DNA from: an uncultured virus (IMG/VR IMGVR_UViG_3300033141_003443)
Lineage: Duplodnaviria; Heunggongvirae; Uroviricota; Caudoviricetes
IMG/VR virus record: IMGVR_UViG_3300033141_003443
Span: 55,234-75,233 of that record
DNA: 20,000 nt
Direction: 5' to 3' (one strand)
Positions 1 to 8,308 of this stretch are shown piece after piece. The translations under genes were made by a program, and so were the position numbers. Positions within the stretch are counted from its first letter, which is position 1, and the number at the start of each line of letters is the position of its first letter. The notes beneath the pieces were generated by a model. It had not been told where the DNA came from, ran no database searches, and was given only the letters and a program-made list of their open reading frames with translations.

Positions 1-2
1 CA

Positions 3-410
3 TTATTTAGAGTCTACCTTTTTCTTTGCATTAAGCCAGCGATCTATAAACCTGCAATTATCATAGGAGTAATCTAAAGAAGATTTCCGCCTATCTAAAG
101 AGGGGTTAGTCAAGGCCCCAGCATTATCCCGGAACCATAATTTCTTAACCTCTACCAAAGTCAGGTTAAATTTGACACCTTTGGCGCCATACCACTTATA
201 CCCGGGACACTTTGGATTCTCACAACGCTGTTTAGCATTGACATAGAAACGTAACCACGGATGTTTCTCCCGATAACCATTCGTCTTCTGATCCCGGCCA
301 TCGTGGTGCTTCTGGTAATAAGCCTGTTTTTGCTCTCGAAGCTTCTCCCGGTTGGCTTCACGCCATTTTTTTAAATACTCTTTTCTTTTTACGGGGTCTT
401 TAATGGGCAT
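3..410 (-). CDS. HNH-like phage endonuclease with basic helical N-terminus
   Basis: AKQRCENPKCPGYKWYGAKGV and SLDRRKSSLDYSYDNCRFI match the common phage 'KQRCxNP..Y..YG.RGI...SIDRID..GNY...NCRW' HNH-like family. Confidence 0.75.
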   Translation of the reverse strand: MPIKDPVKRKEYLKKWREANREKLREQKQAYYQKHHDGRDQKTNGYREKHPWLRFYVNAKQRCENPKCPGYKWYGAKGVKFNLTLVEVKKLWFRDNAGALTNPSLDRRKSSLDYSYDNCRFIDRWLNAKKKVDSK

Positions 411-577
411 CTTTTATCCTCAATATGTCTTGGGTTAACCTGTTTAATTAAAAATTCAAATCCAAATATAGTTAAACAATAGGGTTTATTCTTTTTATTT
501 TCTAATTTACCTATTGAAAATATCCAGTAAATAAACCTCTTATAATTACTGAAATATATCCAATATAAATAGTTCAT
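389..577 (-). CDS. hypothetical protein
   Basis: 62-aa ORF, ATGA overlap with the upstream gene. Confidence 0.55.
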   Translation of the reverse strand: MNYLYWIYFSNYKRFIYWIFSIGKLENKKNKPYCLTIFGFEFLIKQVNPRHIEDKRCPLKTP

Positions 578-825
578 TTTTCACCACGATTAAAATTCTT
601 CAATAAGCGACTAAAGAGACCACCTTTGACACTCTTCTGTTTTTTGTCAGCCATTTCCTTCTCTTTTAATTGCCGATACCATTCCGCTCCGTCGATAAGG
701 GCGGTCTCTTCCGGCTTAACAGGTTTCTTTTTTCTACCCCTTAATCTATTACGAGTGATTTCGTAAAGTTTTCTCCGAGCATGGTTTTTCGCCAGCTTTT
801 TTATCTTTCGTTTTGTTTGGCTCAT
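574..825 (-). CDS. hypothetical basic protein
   Basis: 83-aa K/R-rich ORF, ATGA overlap, GGAG RBS. Confidence 0.7.
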   Translation of the reverse strand: MSQTKRKIKKLAKNHARRKLYEITRNRLRGRKKKPVKPEETALIDGAEWYRQLKEKEMADKKQKSVKGGLFSRLLKNFNRGEK

Positions 826-1109
826 TTCTTTACTCCAATGTTATTTGGAACTACTCGATGATTTTTTCGGTCTCTCCGACAGTTCAAAATCTTACAGTCA
901 AAATTTTTCTCATAACCTTCTTTGGTATAATAGCTGGTAGAAAAACTCATATTCTGGCCTACGCCATAATGGAAGGTGTGAGCAAACATATTTTTTTTAA
1001 AATCTTTCTTTCCAGTAACGGGACAGATAGCTGTTTGACTAAATTGTACGATTAACCAAATAGTTAAAATAATCTGATAAACAATTAATCCAATAATGAG
1101 TTCTTTCAT
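822..1109 (-). CDS. hypothetical protein with N-terminal membrane anchor/signal
   Basis: hydrophobic LIIGLIVYQIILTIWLIV; GGAGG RBS at 1117-1121. Confidence 0.75.
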   Translation of the reverse strand: MKELIIGLIVYQIILTIWLIVQFSQTAICPVTGKKDFKKNMFAHTFHYGVGQNMSFSTSYYTKEGYEKNFDCKILNCRRDRKNHRVVPNNIGVKK

Positions 1110-1132
1110 CTTGATTCCTCCAAAAGTTTTTC

Positions 1133-1269
1133 ACCCAGAGGGGCCTCCAAAACCTACCCTTTAGCAACTATCAGTTTCATCATAGGCCCCGTTCCACTAT
1201 TTTCTATCAGCAGGTTTTAATAAACATAGGTATACGCTCCTTACTTTATCAAACCTTCACTGTCTGGGT
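1133..1269 (-). ncRNA. putative structured RNA (5' leader or sRNA): three-way junction with kink-turn
   Basis: P1 ACCCAGA/UCUGGGU; long P2 hairpin 1208-1262; P3 GGGGCC-UAU-GA-UG-AAAC / GUUU-UG-GA-GGCCCC (K-turn); 5' end coincides with the predicted TSS. Confidence 0.6.
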
Positions 1270-1275
1270 TTTTTA

Positions 1276-1304
1276 AGTATATCATATTTTTTAGTGTTTG
1301 TCAA
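1276..1304 (-). promoter_or_regulatory. sigma70/sigmaA promoter with extended -10
   Basis: TTGACA-17 nt-TATACT with TG-n immediately before the -10. Confidence 0.85.
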
Positions 1305-1446
1305 GTATGACTATTTGATTCTTTGAAATCATTTTAACCCGGTCTTTTAAATAACGAGCCCGTCGACCATTGTAATAGGTAACATAGGTATATTTTGTTT
1401 TCTTCTCAATTGACCTAACCATATTATATTTCAGATGGTTACACAT
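1291..1446 (-). CDS. small hypothetical protein
   Basis: likely start ATG at 1446 (TGATG overlap with the Pnkp stop), MCNHLK...; ORF track extends it to 1497. Confidence 0.55.
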   Translation of the reverse strand: MCNHLKYNMVRSIEKKTKYTYVTYYNGRRARYLKDRVKMISKNQIVILDKH

Positions 1447-2318
1447 CAAAAATTTCCCGGGGCCACCTGTAAACAGGTTAAGCCAAGCTCTCGCCACATC
1501 TGAACGACTTGATCGCGGTCATCTAAAATGAAATCAATATTATATTTACCCCGGATATTTTCATCAAATAATTCTCTTTTAATAATAGAATCTTTACGTA
1601 CGTCTCCTGTCTTTCTCATGAATATTTTTAATTCTTTATCCATGACCTGAACGTTCTTTTTAATCCACTGTATTGACTGCCTCTTACAACTATCATCTCT
1701 ACCTGACATAAAGATTACATCACCCTGTCCGTAAGAGAGGTAATCTTCAACGATTTGGATAACCGGATCATTTGGTAAATCGGTATCGCATTTATCATAC
1801 TCATAAGGAGTCCGCCCATTATGTAAACAAATAGTTCCGTCCAAATCACAAATAATCGTAGCAGGTAATCCTTCAATGTATTCTATTTTTGTTATTTCAG
1901 GTTTGAGATACAGATCATAAAATTTTCGGATCACCTTTTCACCCACCGAGTTAGCCCGTTTTAAGTCACGTTCAATACATTTTTCTAAAGATAGATCAAA
2001 GATCTTAGTTTCAAACTGCAATATGCGTTCAGTCCCATAATACTCATGGATAAACCGAATCTTACGATCAAAATTTATTGGATTCAAATGTGTAGCATCA
2101 ACTATTATATTATACCCACTATCTAAGGCGTCCGTGATACAAGATTTTTCCATCCGGGAAATTAAGTCCTCCTGTTTAGGTAGCCAATACTTACCCCGCA
2201 TACGCCTTAAATCATCACGGCTAACCCGAATCCAGTCTATATTCTTCTCACAGTATGCTCGGGCCCATGTTGACTTACCACTAGCGGGAAGCCCTTGGGT
2301 AAAGATTACTTTAGACAT
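1446..2318 (-). CDS. pseT: polynucleotide 5'-kinase/3'-phosphatase (T4 PseT/Pnkp-like)
   Basis: N-terminal P-loop GLPASGKST and RDDLR; HAD phosphatase DLDGT, SGR, DDRDQVVQMWR...LQVAPGNF. Confidence 0.95.
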   Translation of the reverse strand: MSKVIFTQGLPASGKSTWARAYCEKNIDWIRVSRDDLRRMRGKYWLPKQEDLISRMEKSCITDALDSGYNIIVDATHLNPINFDRKIRFIHEYYGTERILQFETKIFDLSLEKCIERDLKRANSVGEKVIRKFYDLYLKPEITKIEYIEGLPATIICDLDGTICLHNGRTPYEYDKCDTDLPNDPVIQIVEDYLSYGQGDVIFMSGRDDSCKRQSIQWIKKNVQVMDKELKIFMRKTGDVRKDSIIKRELFDENIRGKYNIDFILDDRDQVVQMWRELGLTCLQVAPGNF

Positions 2319-2330
2319 GAAGTCTCCCCA

Positions 2331-2603
2331 TTATTTTTCTATTTTAGTAAAAGTACCTCTTAGCACCACACCATTATTAAACATAATATAACCTTGACCC
2401 GCCTGACCATGACCACAACAGGCAAACTTTACTCCGGGTAGAGTACCTAAACAAGCGTCATGACCTTCTTTGGTTGGAAATTTTTGACACTTAGGACAGA
2501 GCCTTTTTTCTGAGCAATCAATAGGTTCATGATTATCAGAATACCGCCAGACTCTCTGGCCCTTATCAAAATAAATAGGATTTCCGTGAAGTAATGCTGT
2601 CAT
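2331..2603 (-). CDS. Cys/His-rich hypothetical phage protein (probable metal binding)
   Basis: CPKC...GHDACLGTLPGVKFACCGHG. Confidence 0.7.
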   Translation of the reverse strand: MTALLHGNPIYFDKGQRVWRYSDNHEPIDCSEKRLCPKCQKFPTKEGHDACLGTLPGVKFACCGHGQAGQGYIMFNNGVVLRGTFTKIEK

Positions 2604-3310
2604 TAGAAATAGTCTTTCCGTATTTTTAATAAAAAGTCATTCACTTTTTCAGGATCGGCTTTATGGTCACATAATGATAAGATTGATTTAGTCTTTGCCA
2701 TTAAACATTCTGCCAAATTGATTATATGCCCCATATCGAAAGACTCTGTCCCATATTTAATTCTTTCAAGTTCTTTTTTAAAGGCGGGATCTACAACTTT
2801 TAAACTAAATTTTCCATAATGTAATAAATCCCAAAGATTATATAAAGTTCTTAAATAAGCAACAGCATACTTACGGGGCCGGTCATCTTTTTTATCTAAC
2901 ATTTTCTTTCTCTGATTTAGGCCATATCCAGTGAAGGCATTAAAAGCATCTTGAGGATTCCAAACATATGGAAATAATCCCCGGAGTTCATCACTTAATT
3001 TTCGAAGACTTAAATCTTCTAAAGGATTATCAGGTGGAGTATGTATAGGAATCTTTGGTGCCATAAAAACTTCGAGAATAGTTGGATTACATCTTAAAGC
3101 TAAATGAAGAAAATGACCTATTTCATAAGTAGTTTGATCTTCTTTGCCTTCTAACCAATGAGATCCTTTATATTTATAACCAAGAGAAAGTACGTCCTTT
3201 GTAGACTCAACATACACCCCGCGATAATCATGATCAGAGTCTTTAGTATGTAGTCCATGGGCCCTGCTGCCAACCAGACATTTAAGTATTAATGATTTAT
3301 CTTCTTTCAT
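2603..3310 (-). CDS. Pol-beta superfamily nucleotidyltransferase, RlaP/PF10127-like
   Basis: VGSRAHGLHTKDSDHDYRGVY (GS...DxD) and L.LRCNPTILE motifs. Confidence 0.85.
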   Translation of the reverse strand: MKEDKSLILKCLVGSRAHGLHTKDSDHDYRGVYVESTKDVLSLGYKYKGSHWLEGKEDQTTYEIGHFLHLALRCNPTILEVFMAPKIPIHTPPDNPLEDLSLRKLSDELRGLFPYVWNPQDAFNAFTGYGLNQRKKMLDKKDDRPRKYAVAYLRTLYNLWDLLHYGKFSLKVVDPAFKKELERIKYGTESFDMGHIINLAECLMAKTKSILSLCDHKADPEKVNDFLLKIRKDYF

Positions 3311-3656
3311 ATTCTAATAGCTCCATTTCAAAATGTTCAACATCTAAACGTTCTGTTAATACTGGCTGAATTTTCCCTCTGTAAATTATTTCATAACAAG
3401 CGGGTTCCCTTCTTACACACTCTCTCCACTCATCCATACAAACAATATCAAATTCTTTACCAAATAAATTTCTATAAAGACTACAGGGAATGAATTTCAC
3501 TCGGCTAAATGCCGGTTTACGTCCATAAGAATATTCTAAATCACGAGCATGACTACGTGAAGGACAAAGAACAATCGCATTTAACCACATAACTGTTTCT
3601 AACAGGCGCTCTGTTTTGCCCGAACTGGCTGGGCCTAATAAAAGTTTTGGTTTCAT
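3297..3656 (-). CDS. small P-loop NTPase (thymidine-kinase-like or truncated helicase-like)
   Basis: Walker A GPASSGKT and Walker B DIVCMDE in only 119 aa. Confidence 0.6.
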   Translation of the reverse strand: MKPKLLLGPASSGKTERLLETVMWLNAIVLCPSRSHARDLEYSYGRKPAFSRVKFIPCSLYRNLFGKEFDIVCMDEWRECVRREPACYEIIYRGKIQPVLTERLDVEHFEMELLEYERR

Positions 3657-3668
3657 TATTACTCTCCT

Positions 3669-4052
3669 TTAAAGTAATTTTAAATGACCAGTGATTACAT
3701 CAATTATTTTACTATCTGCTGGGCCTATTGCCACGGCTGTTTCTGTTGGTATACCATTAAATTCTGTTTTACCATTATCAGTTATTAAAGCTGTAGGAAG
3801 TTCTGAGTCAAGAGCTTTTTGATAGACCCCCAATAAAGCCTCTTTTGAATCCACACTCACACAAATTTTTGTAAAGATACCCTGAATCCATTCTAATTCT
3901 TTGGAATCAATGTGTATTTTTATAAAGTTATCGTATGGCATAGGGTCATAGATACGATTAAAAAATACAGCCATAGAGGCATGTGCTCCTTGAGCAATCA
4001 TTTTACCTTTACGCATATTCAAATCTTTTCTAATAACAATAACTTGTTTCAT
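3669..4052 (-). CDS. pth2: peptidyl-tRNA hydrolase type 2
   Basis: KQVIVIRKDLNMRKGKMIAQGAHAS, KICV, ITDNGKTE, TAVAIGP, IDVITGHLKLL. Confidence 0.93.
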   Translation of the reverse strand: MKQVIVIRKDLNMRKGKMIAQGAHASMAVFFNRIYDPMPYDNFIKIHIDSKELEWIQGIFTKICVSVDSKEALLGVYQKALDSELPTALITDNGKTEFNGIPTETAVAIGPADSKIIDVITGHLKLL

Positions 4053-4330
4053 TAAATTTTTCCCGTAATACTAAATCTAATAAAAATTGGCAAAAGTTTA
4101 GTTACTTGTTTTCGAGTTAAGTGCATACGAGTATTACATAAAGTATTTTGGGGTAACTGTAACGGTATCCACCCTTTCGGCGGTCTTAAAACTCTCGGGT
4201 TTGTCTCATCACAGCCTAACCAAATACAGCTCTGGGTCGCTAAAGAAGACTCTTGAATAGAGCAGGCTACACCATAATGATCTTTAAATCGCCTAACATT
4301 AAAACCTCTGGATGTTTTTTCTAATTTCAT
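4052..4330 (-). CDS. conserved phage hypothetical protein
   Basis: TSRGF..RFKDHYG..CSIQESSLA...IWLG...RMHLTR pattern; overlapping start/stop. Confidence 0.7.
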   Translation of the reverse strand: MKLEKTSRGFNVRRFKDHYGVACSIQESSLATQSCIWLGCDETNPRVLRPPKGWIPLQLPQNTLCNTRMHLTRKQVTKLLPIFIRFSITGKI

Positions 4331-5004
4331 TCAGTTTGTCCCTTTGGTTTTTCGTCATCCTCGATTGTTTTTTTAAACAGTCTCCCGGAAGCCATATGAT
4401 AAATAATTATTCCTTCAGGATTCATAAACCCCGGAGCGACTAAGCTTCCCGCATCTCTTAACTCTTCTAAAACACAGTGAATTTTTAGCGTATCAAACAG
4501 TCCCCTCCATAAAACAGGGGCGGCCCCACAACAAGCTGGACGTATTTCGGGATTTTCCCAGCGTTTAACATTAAATAAGGCAAATCGCTTTTCTTGAAGC
4601 CCATAATTCCGTTGAATACCTTTGCCATACCACTCACCAAAATGTCGGCCTTTACCTAAATCAATGAGTTCTTTGGCATTTTCTCTAACCCAACTTGCAA
4701 AACCATAATTATCAGACTCAAGATTTAACCAACGCTTACGAGAACCCGCGAAAACATATAAATGATAATCCGGCGTAATCTCTTCCGCATAAAGACAATA
4801 ATTAATAATGAAGTCAGTTACCTCAGTATCCTTTTCTACCCTGTCTGGTAAAAATATTGCTTCAGGATCATTATTGTCAATGTATTCTGCAAAGTCAGTA
4901 TTATCAAAAATAACGACTTGCCCATTAGTACCATCAATTTTTTCTGTGACCACAATGTCCCGGCTTAACCGAGGTATCTTTGAGAATTTTTGAAAATTTA
5001 ACAT
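4327..5004 (-). CDS. RNA ligase, Rnl2-type adenylyltransferase domain
   Basis: motif I TEKIDGTN, GSRKR, GEWYGKGIQ, FALFNV, PEGII, FKKT; likely start ATG 5004 after AAGGAG (track start 5025). Confidence 0.88.
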   Translation of the reverse strand: MLNFQKFSKIPRLSRDIVVTEKIDGTNGQVVIFDNTDFAEYIDNNDPEAIFLPDRVEKDTEVTDFIINYCLYAEEITPDYHLYVFAGSRKRWLNLESDNYGFASWVRENAKELIDLGKGRHFGEWYGKGIQRNYGLQEKRFALFNVKRWENPEIRPACCGAAPVLWRGLFDTLKIHCVLEELRDAGSLVAPGFMNPEGIIIYHMASGRLFKKTIEDDEKPKGQTE

Positions 5005-5025
5005 AGCCCCGATCTCCTTACACAA

Positions 5026-5451
5026 TTAGAATTGGTTAAACAATCTTTTCCACCAAGAAAGTCTTCGGATCTTAACTTTCGTGTTGTAATTAGCGGCTGT
5101 CCGGGTCGTGTTAATTAAATAATTATTTCTGGCTATCCAATATTTATTCTTTTCTTCTACAGCTTGTTGAACTATACGTTTGACCGCAGCCTTAGACATA
5201 TTTATTAAATCAATAAACATATTCCTATCATCAACAGGTACTAGAAAAAACTCTGACCGTCCGTCTGGCCGGACAACTTCTTCTACCAGATACCGAATAT
5301 ATTCATACTCTACAAACTCTTCTAGGATAGCACCGTCTTCAGGTAAACGAGTAAACGCCCTTTCGTCTTTTAGTTTAAGTAATCTCAAATCCTCTTTAGG
5401 TTTCTCAAGAAACCACGGTGTCTTTTGAATATCAATCTTAATTATTTTCAT
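5026..5451 (-). CDS. hypothetical protein
   Basis: 141-aa ORF ending LSWWKRLF; overlaps the upstream stop. Confidence 0.7.
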   Translation of the reverse strand: MKIIKIDIQKTPWFLEKPKEDLRLLKLKDERAFTRLPEDGAILEEFVEYEYIRYLVEEVVRPDGRSEFFLVPVDDRNMFIDLINMSKAAVKRIVQQAVEEKNKYWIARNNYLINTTRTAANYNTKVKIRRLSWWKRLFNQF

Positions 5452-5789
5452 TATACTGTCCTGTTTGTTTTGATTAACTGTATCACTACTCTTTCCTCAC
5501 CGTTAGCATAATCTATTGAAATAAAATCCTTCAATAATGGTTGTGTACTAAACTTAGCCAATATCTTTTCCCGGCCAAGAAGTTTATGTGTAGCCCAACG
5601 ATGCCAACCGTCTCTAATTACATAGCGACCAGTTCGAAGTTTTGCTACCTTAATTGGTGGAAAACTACCCTTAGCTAAACCATAAGTATATGTGCCCGCT
5701 ATAATATTAGCAAACTCTAAAGTTTTTTCATCTAATGGAATTCTATCCATATCAATAAGATTAAGTGAAATTTCTTTTTCAACTCTCAA
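5451..5789 (-). CDS. stand-alone ParB/sulfiredoxin-like domain protein
   Basis: PPIKV...YVIRDGWHRW..HKLLG (DGxHR motif). Confidence 0.75.
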   Translation of the reverse strand: MRVEKEISLNLIDMDRIPLDEKTLEFANIIAGTYTYGLAKGSFPPIKVAKLRTGRYVIRDGWHRWATHKLLGREKILAKFSTQPLLKDFISIDYANGEERVVIQLIKTNRTV

Positions 5790-5793
5790 AACA

Positions 5794-6066
5794 TTAACCT
5801 CTGACTTTTAATTCATTGTTAAGAGCTTCGATGGTCTGATTTGCCTCCTTAAGCTTTCTTGAAATATCAGACAGAAGCACAGATAAATTATCTTGCCGGT
5901 GTTCCATAATCCCTAACTTATCCTCATACCAAGCAATTAATTCCCCTGTATTTGGTATTGTTTTTAAACGCTGTGGACATGTAAATTTTTTACTTATAAT
6001 ATTCTCCGAGTTAATGTTTGCTGGAATAAAAATTAATCTCCCTGTTTTTGTATCTTTAAATACCAT
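5794..6066 (-). CDS. hypothetical protein with C-terminal coiled coil
   Basis: likely start ATG 6066 right after the upstream stop; heptad-like C-terminus. Confidence 0.6.
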   Translation of the reverse strand: MVFKDTKTGRLIFIPANINSENIISKKFTCPQRLKTIPNTGELIAWYEDKLGIMEHRQDNLSVLLSDISRKLKEANQTIEALNNELKVRG

Positions 6067-6068
6067 AA

Positions 6069-6314
6069 TTAATAACTTAATCCATTTTTTACCGGACACC
6101 AAGAAGGTATACCCTTACTTAAACGGACATTCCGTTTCCACGTTTCATACCATACACTTTTATACGGGATAACTCTATCAAAACAATTGAAACCTTTTTG
6201 CTTGACGGTCATTGGATGATTACAGCAGGGTTTCGCTCCACCCGGAGTAAAAGAACCCGTATGGTCGTTATGTTTACAATCACCACAATGTTTTATGTCA
6301 ATAGTAATTTTCAT
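6069..6314 (-). CDS. Cys-rich hypothetical protein
   Basis: CGDC...CCNHP...IPSWCP. Confidence 0.7.
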   Translation of the reverse strand: MKITIDIKHCGDCKHNDHTGSFTPGGAKPCCNHPMTVKQKGFNCFDRVIPYKSVWYETWKRNVRLSKGIPSWCPVKNGLSY

Positions 6315-6363
6315 CTAATTTCTCGATTCTTGCAAGATCCCTTTGAACGCACTCTTTTAAAGC

Positions 6364-6469
6364 TTCTATATTAAACTTTGCCAAGATCTTCTTCGGCCCA
6401 GCAGTTTATGGGGGCCAACTATGACGACAAGAGCTTATTTTTTCTACTTTGGTTCTTAATTTGTTGGAA
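6364..6469 (-). pseudogene. frameshifted remnant of a ParB-like paralog of 5451..5789
   Basis: reads FQQIK...RHSW../HKLLGR/KILAKF across frameshifts versus FPPIK...WHRWATHKLLGREKILAKF. Confidence 0.7.
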
Positions 6470-7558
6470 TTCATAGGAAATATTTTTAAAGGGCTTCTCA
6501 TATTCGGGCCGGATCATCTTCCAAATAATATCTTTATATGGTTTTCCTCTCCACATAGCAAACAATACAGAATGATAACGATGTTTCTGAATTTTTTTCG
6601 CGGTTTCACTAAGTATACCATATTCTTTAGCCTCTGTCAAGGTGGGTAAATGATAAAGTAGAGTTTTGCAGAGCCCCATAATAAGATCATATTCTTTTTT
6701 TAATTTATCTGTCTGATCCTTCAACCAAGCATAGAATTCATTCGGTACTCTATCAATAATTTGATCTATTGGTTGATTATTTCGAAGTAATGTCCAAATC
6801 GTTTTTGTACTTACTCCGGTAAGAATTTTGTGGAGTCTGACATATTCTGCAAATTTAACCTTAACCCTAAAATTTTCCTTTGTTTTTAAAACAAAACCCT
6901 CTTTGTTATCCGCTTCGGGTAATTTTAGTTTAGAAAAAAATCCATAATGCACGACAAGGGGAATATTATAGGAATCAGCAAACTTTTTCATTCTAGCATA
7001 CGACCACTCATTACCCGTTTCTTTATGAATTACCGCTAATAAAATTAAATCTCTACGATCCCCATAATTTACGACTATTCGATTCTTCGGGTAAATGATT
7101 TCCCATAAAAAAGTATATTCAGATGACCAAAGAGCTAAGACAGACTGTTTAAAACTATCAAACTTTTCTGTGAGTATTTTTTCCGCTTCTTTAGCTTGTT
7201 CACTTTCAAAACTTCCTCGGGTAGCAATACACAATTTTCCATTAACATCTTCATACATAATACCTAAAGACCCATCAATTTTATCAAAAACCGCCCAAGA
7301 CTCATTCTGTCTTACAGGTAATGGGCCAAGAAAAGAATTCTCCGCGTATTCTCCATAATTAAAGAATTTCTTAAAAGGACGGGCAACAATATGCCCTTTA
7401 CCATCTAAAATTAATCCCCGGCAATTACGGGTGGCCTCGTTCCAAAATCTCGCATATTGAGTCTTTGCAGTATAATTGTAAATAAAATAATCCTGCAAAG
7501 GGTGCTTTCTTTTAGTAATATAACCCTGTTCAATAAGTTTTTGATCAATTTTTATCAT
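6419..7558 (-). CDS. rnlA: RNA ligase 1 (T4 Rnl1 family)
   Basis: YNY..CRGLILD..IVARPFKKFFNYGE, motif I DKIDGSLG, ATRGSF, WEII..NRIVVNY, EGFVL, RVKVKFAEY. Confidence 0.93.
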   Translation of the reverse strand: MIKIDQKLIEQGYITKRKHPLQDYFIYNYTAKTQYARFWNEATRNCRGLILDGKGHIVARPFKKFFNYGEYAENSFLGPLPVRQNESWAVFDKIDGSLGIMYEDVNGKLCIATRGSFESEQAKEAEKILTEKFDSFKQSVLALWSSEYTFLWEIIYPKNRIVVNYGDRRDLILLAVIHKETGNEWSYARMKKFADSYNIPLVVHYGFFSKLKLPEADNKEGFVLKTKENFRVKVKFAEYVRLHKILTGVSTKTIWTLLRNNQPIDQIIDRVPNEFYAWLKDQTDKLKKEYDLIMGLCKTLLYHLPTLTEAKEYGILSETAKKIQKHRYHSVLFAMWRGKPYKDIIWKMIRPEYEKPFKNISYEFQQIKNQSRKNKLLSS

Positions 7559-7574
7559 AGAAGTCTCTTATGTG

Positions 7575-7955
7575 TTAATAAACTCCACTTTCATTATTAC
7601 CAGCATTTGGAGAGTCAAAGCCGGGCCCGAGATCCTCAAAACTAAGTTCTTGAACATAAACATGAAAAAGCAACAGACCCAATTCTGATCCCATCTTTAA
7701 AGTATTCACGTATCTGTAATCTTCTGGGATTGCCTCAGCAATTGGATCATCTGTTTGAACAATATAGACACCGATCTTATCTATTTCTGGTTCAATATTC
7801 ACCCTTGCAAAATTTTCTTCTTCTGATTCTTCAACCTCAACAATTAAAACAGCTGATCCATCTAACTTAACAAGAGCATTAACAATATTTGAACCAATTG
7901 GTAAATTAATCTCTTGAAAATTTATGGGATTTATTTTGAATTCGCGAATAATCAT
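7575..7955 (-). CDS. acidic hypothetical protein
   Basis: 126-aa ORF, INLP.G..I....Y..T......FHVY pattern. Confidence 0.7.
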   Translation of the reverse strand: MIIREFKINPINFQEINLPIGSNIVNALVKLDGSAVLIVEVEESEEENFARVNIEPEIDKIGVYIVQTDDPIAEAIPEDYRYVNTLKMGSELGLLLFHVYVQELSFEDLGPGFDSPNAGNNESGVY

Positions 7956-8308
7956 TTAATATATCCCGCTTTCTTTAAATATAACCACATTTTTGCTAAA
8001 GCATTACTTAACTTTTTCTTATCCTCCTCTTCAAAGTCTAAATATGCACATATAAAATTTTCTTTATCTTTTCCACAATAACTATTGGGTGGTAATTCTT
8101 TCAATATTTCATCAGAAATTGGAGCCGAGCATTGTATATTATTTTCTCGCACTTTATAATTGTTAGCCCATAATCGAGAAACAATTTCATCAGTATATTC
8201 GTCGATTAATGGATTGCCATATTTATACCAAACTTTATCGGTATCTTGTGGAAACCCATTCTCTTTCAACTCTTTAGCTAATTCTAAATCAACACAAAAT
8301 TCTTTCAT
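7952..8308 (-). CDS. conserved phage hypothetical protein
   Basis: FCVDLELAKELKENGF...APISDEILKELP...ALAKMWLYL. Confidence 0.75.
   Translation of the reverse strand: MKEFCVDLELAKELKENGFPQDTDKVWYKYGNPLIDEYTDEIVSRLWANNYKVRENNIQCSAPISDEILKELPPNSYCGKDKENFICAYLDFEEEDKKKLSNALAKMWLYLKKAGYIK

Noticed and set aside
1133..1269. Assignment to c-di-GMP-II riboswitch, hammerhead ribozyme or C/D-box RNA
   Set aside because: Shares only the K-turn or short words; lacks the GGGCAC/GUGC pseudoknot and the CUGANGA...GAAA core in the right arrangement
5541..6469. ParB-like duplicate as a DGR template/variable repeat pair
   Set aside because: Differences are not adenine-specific, include indels, and no reverse transcriptase is in the window
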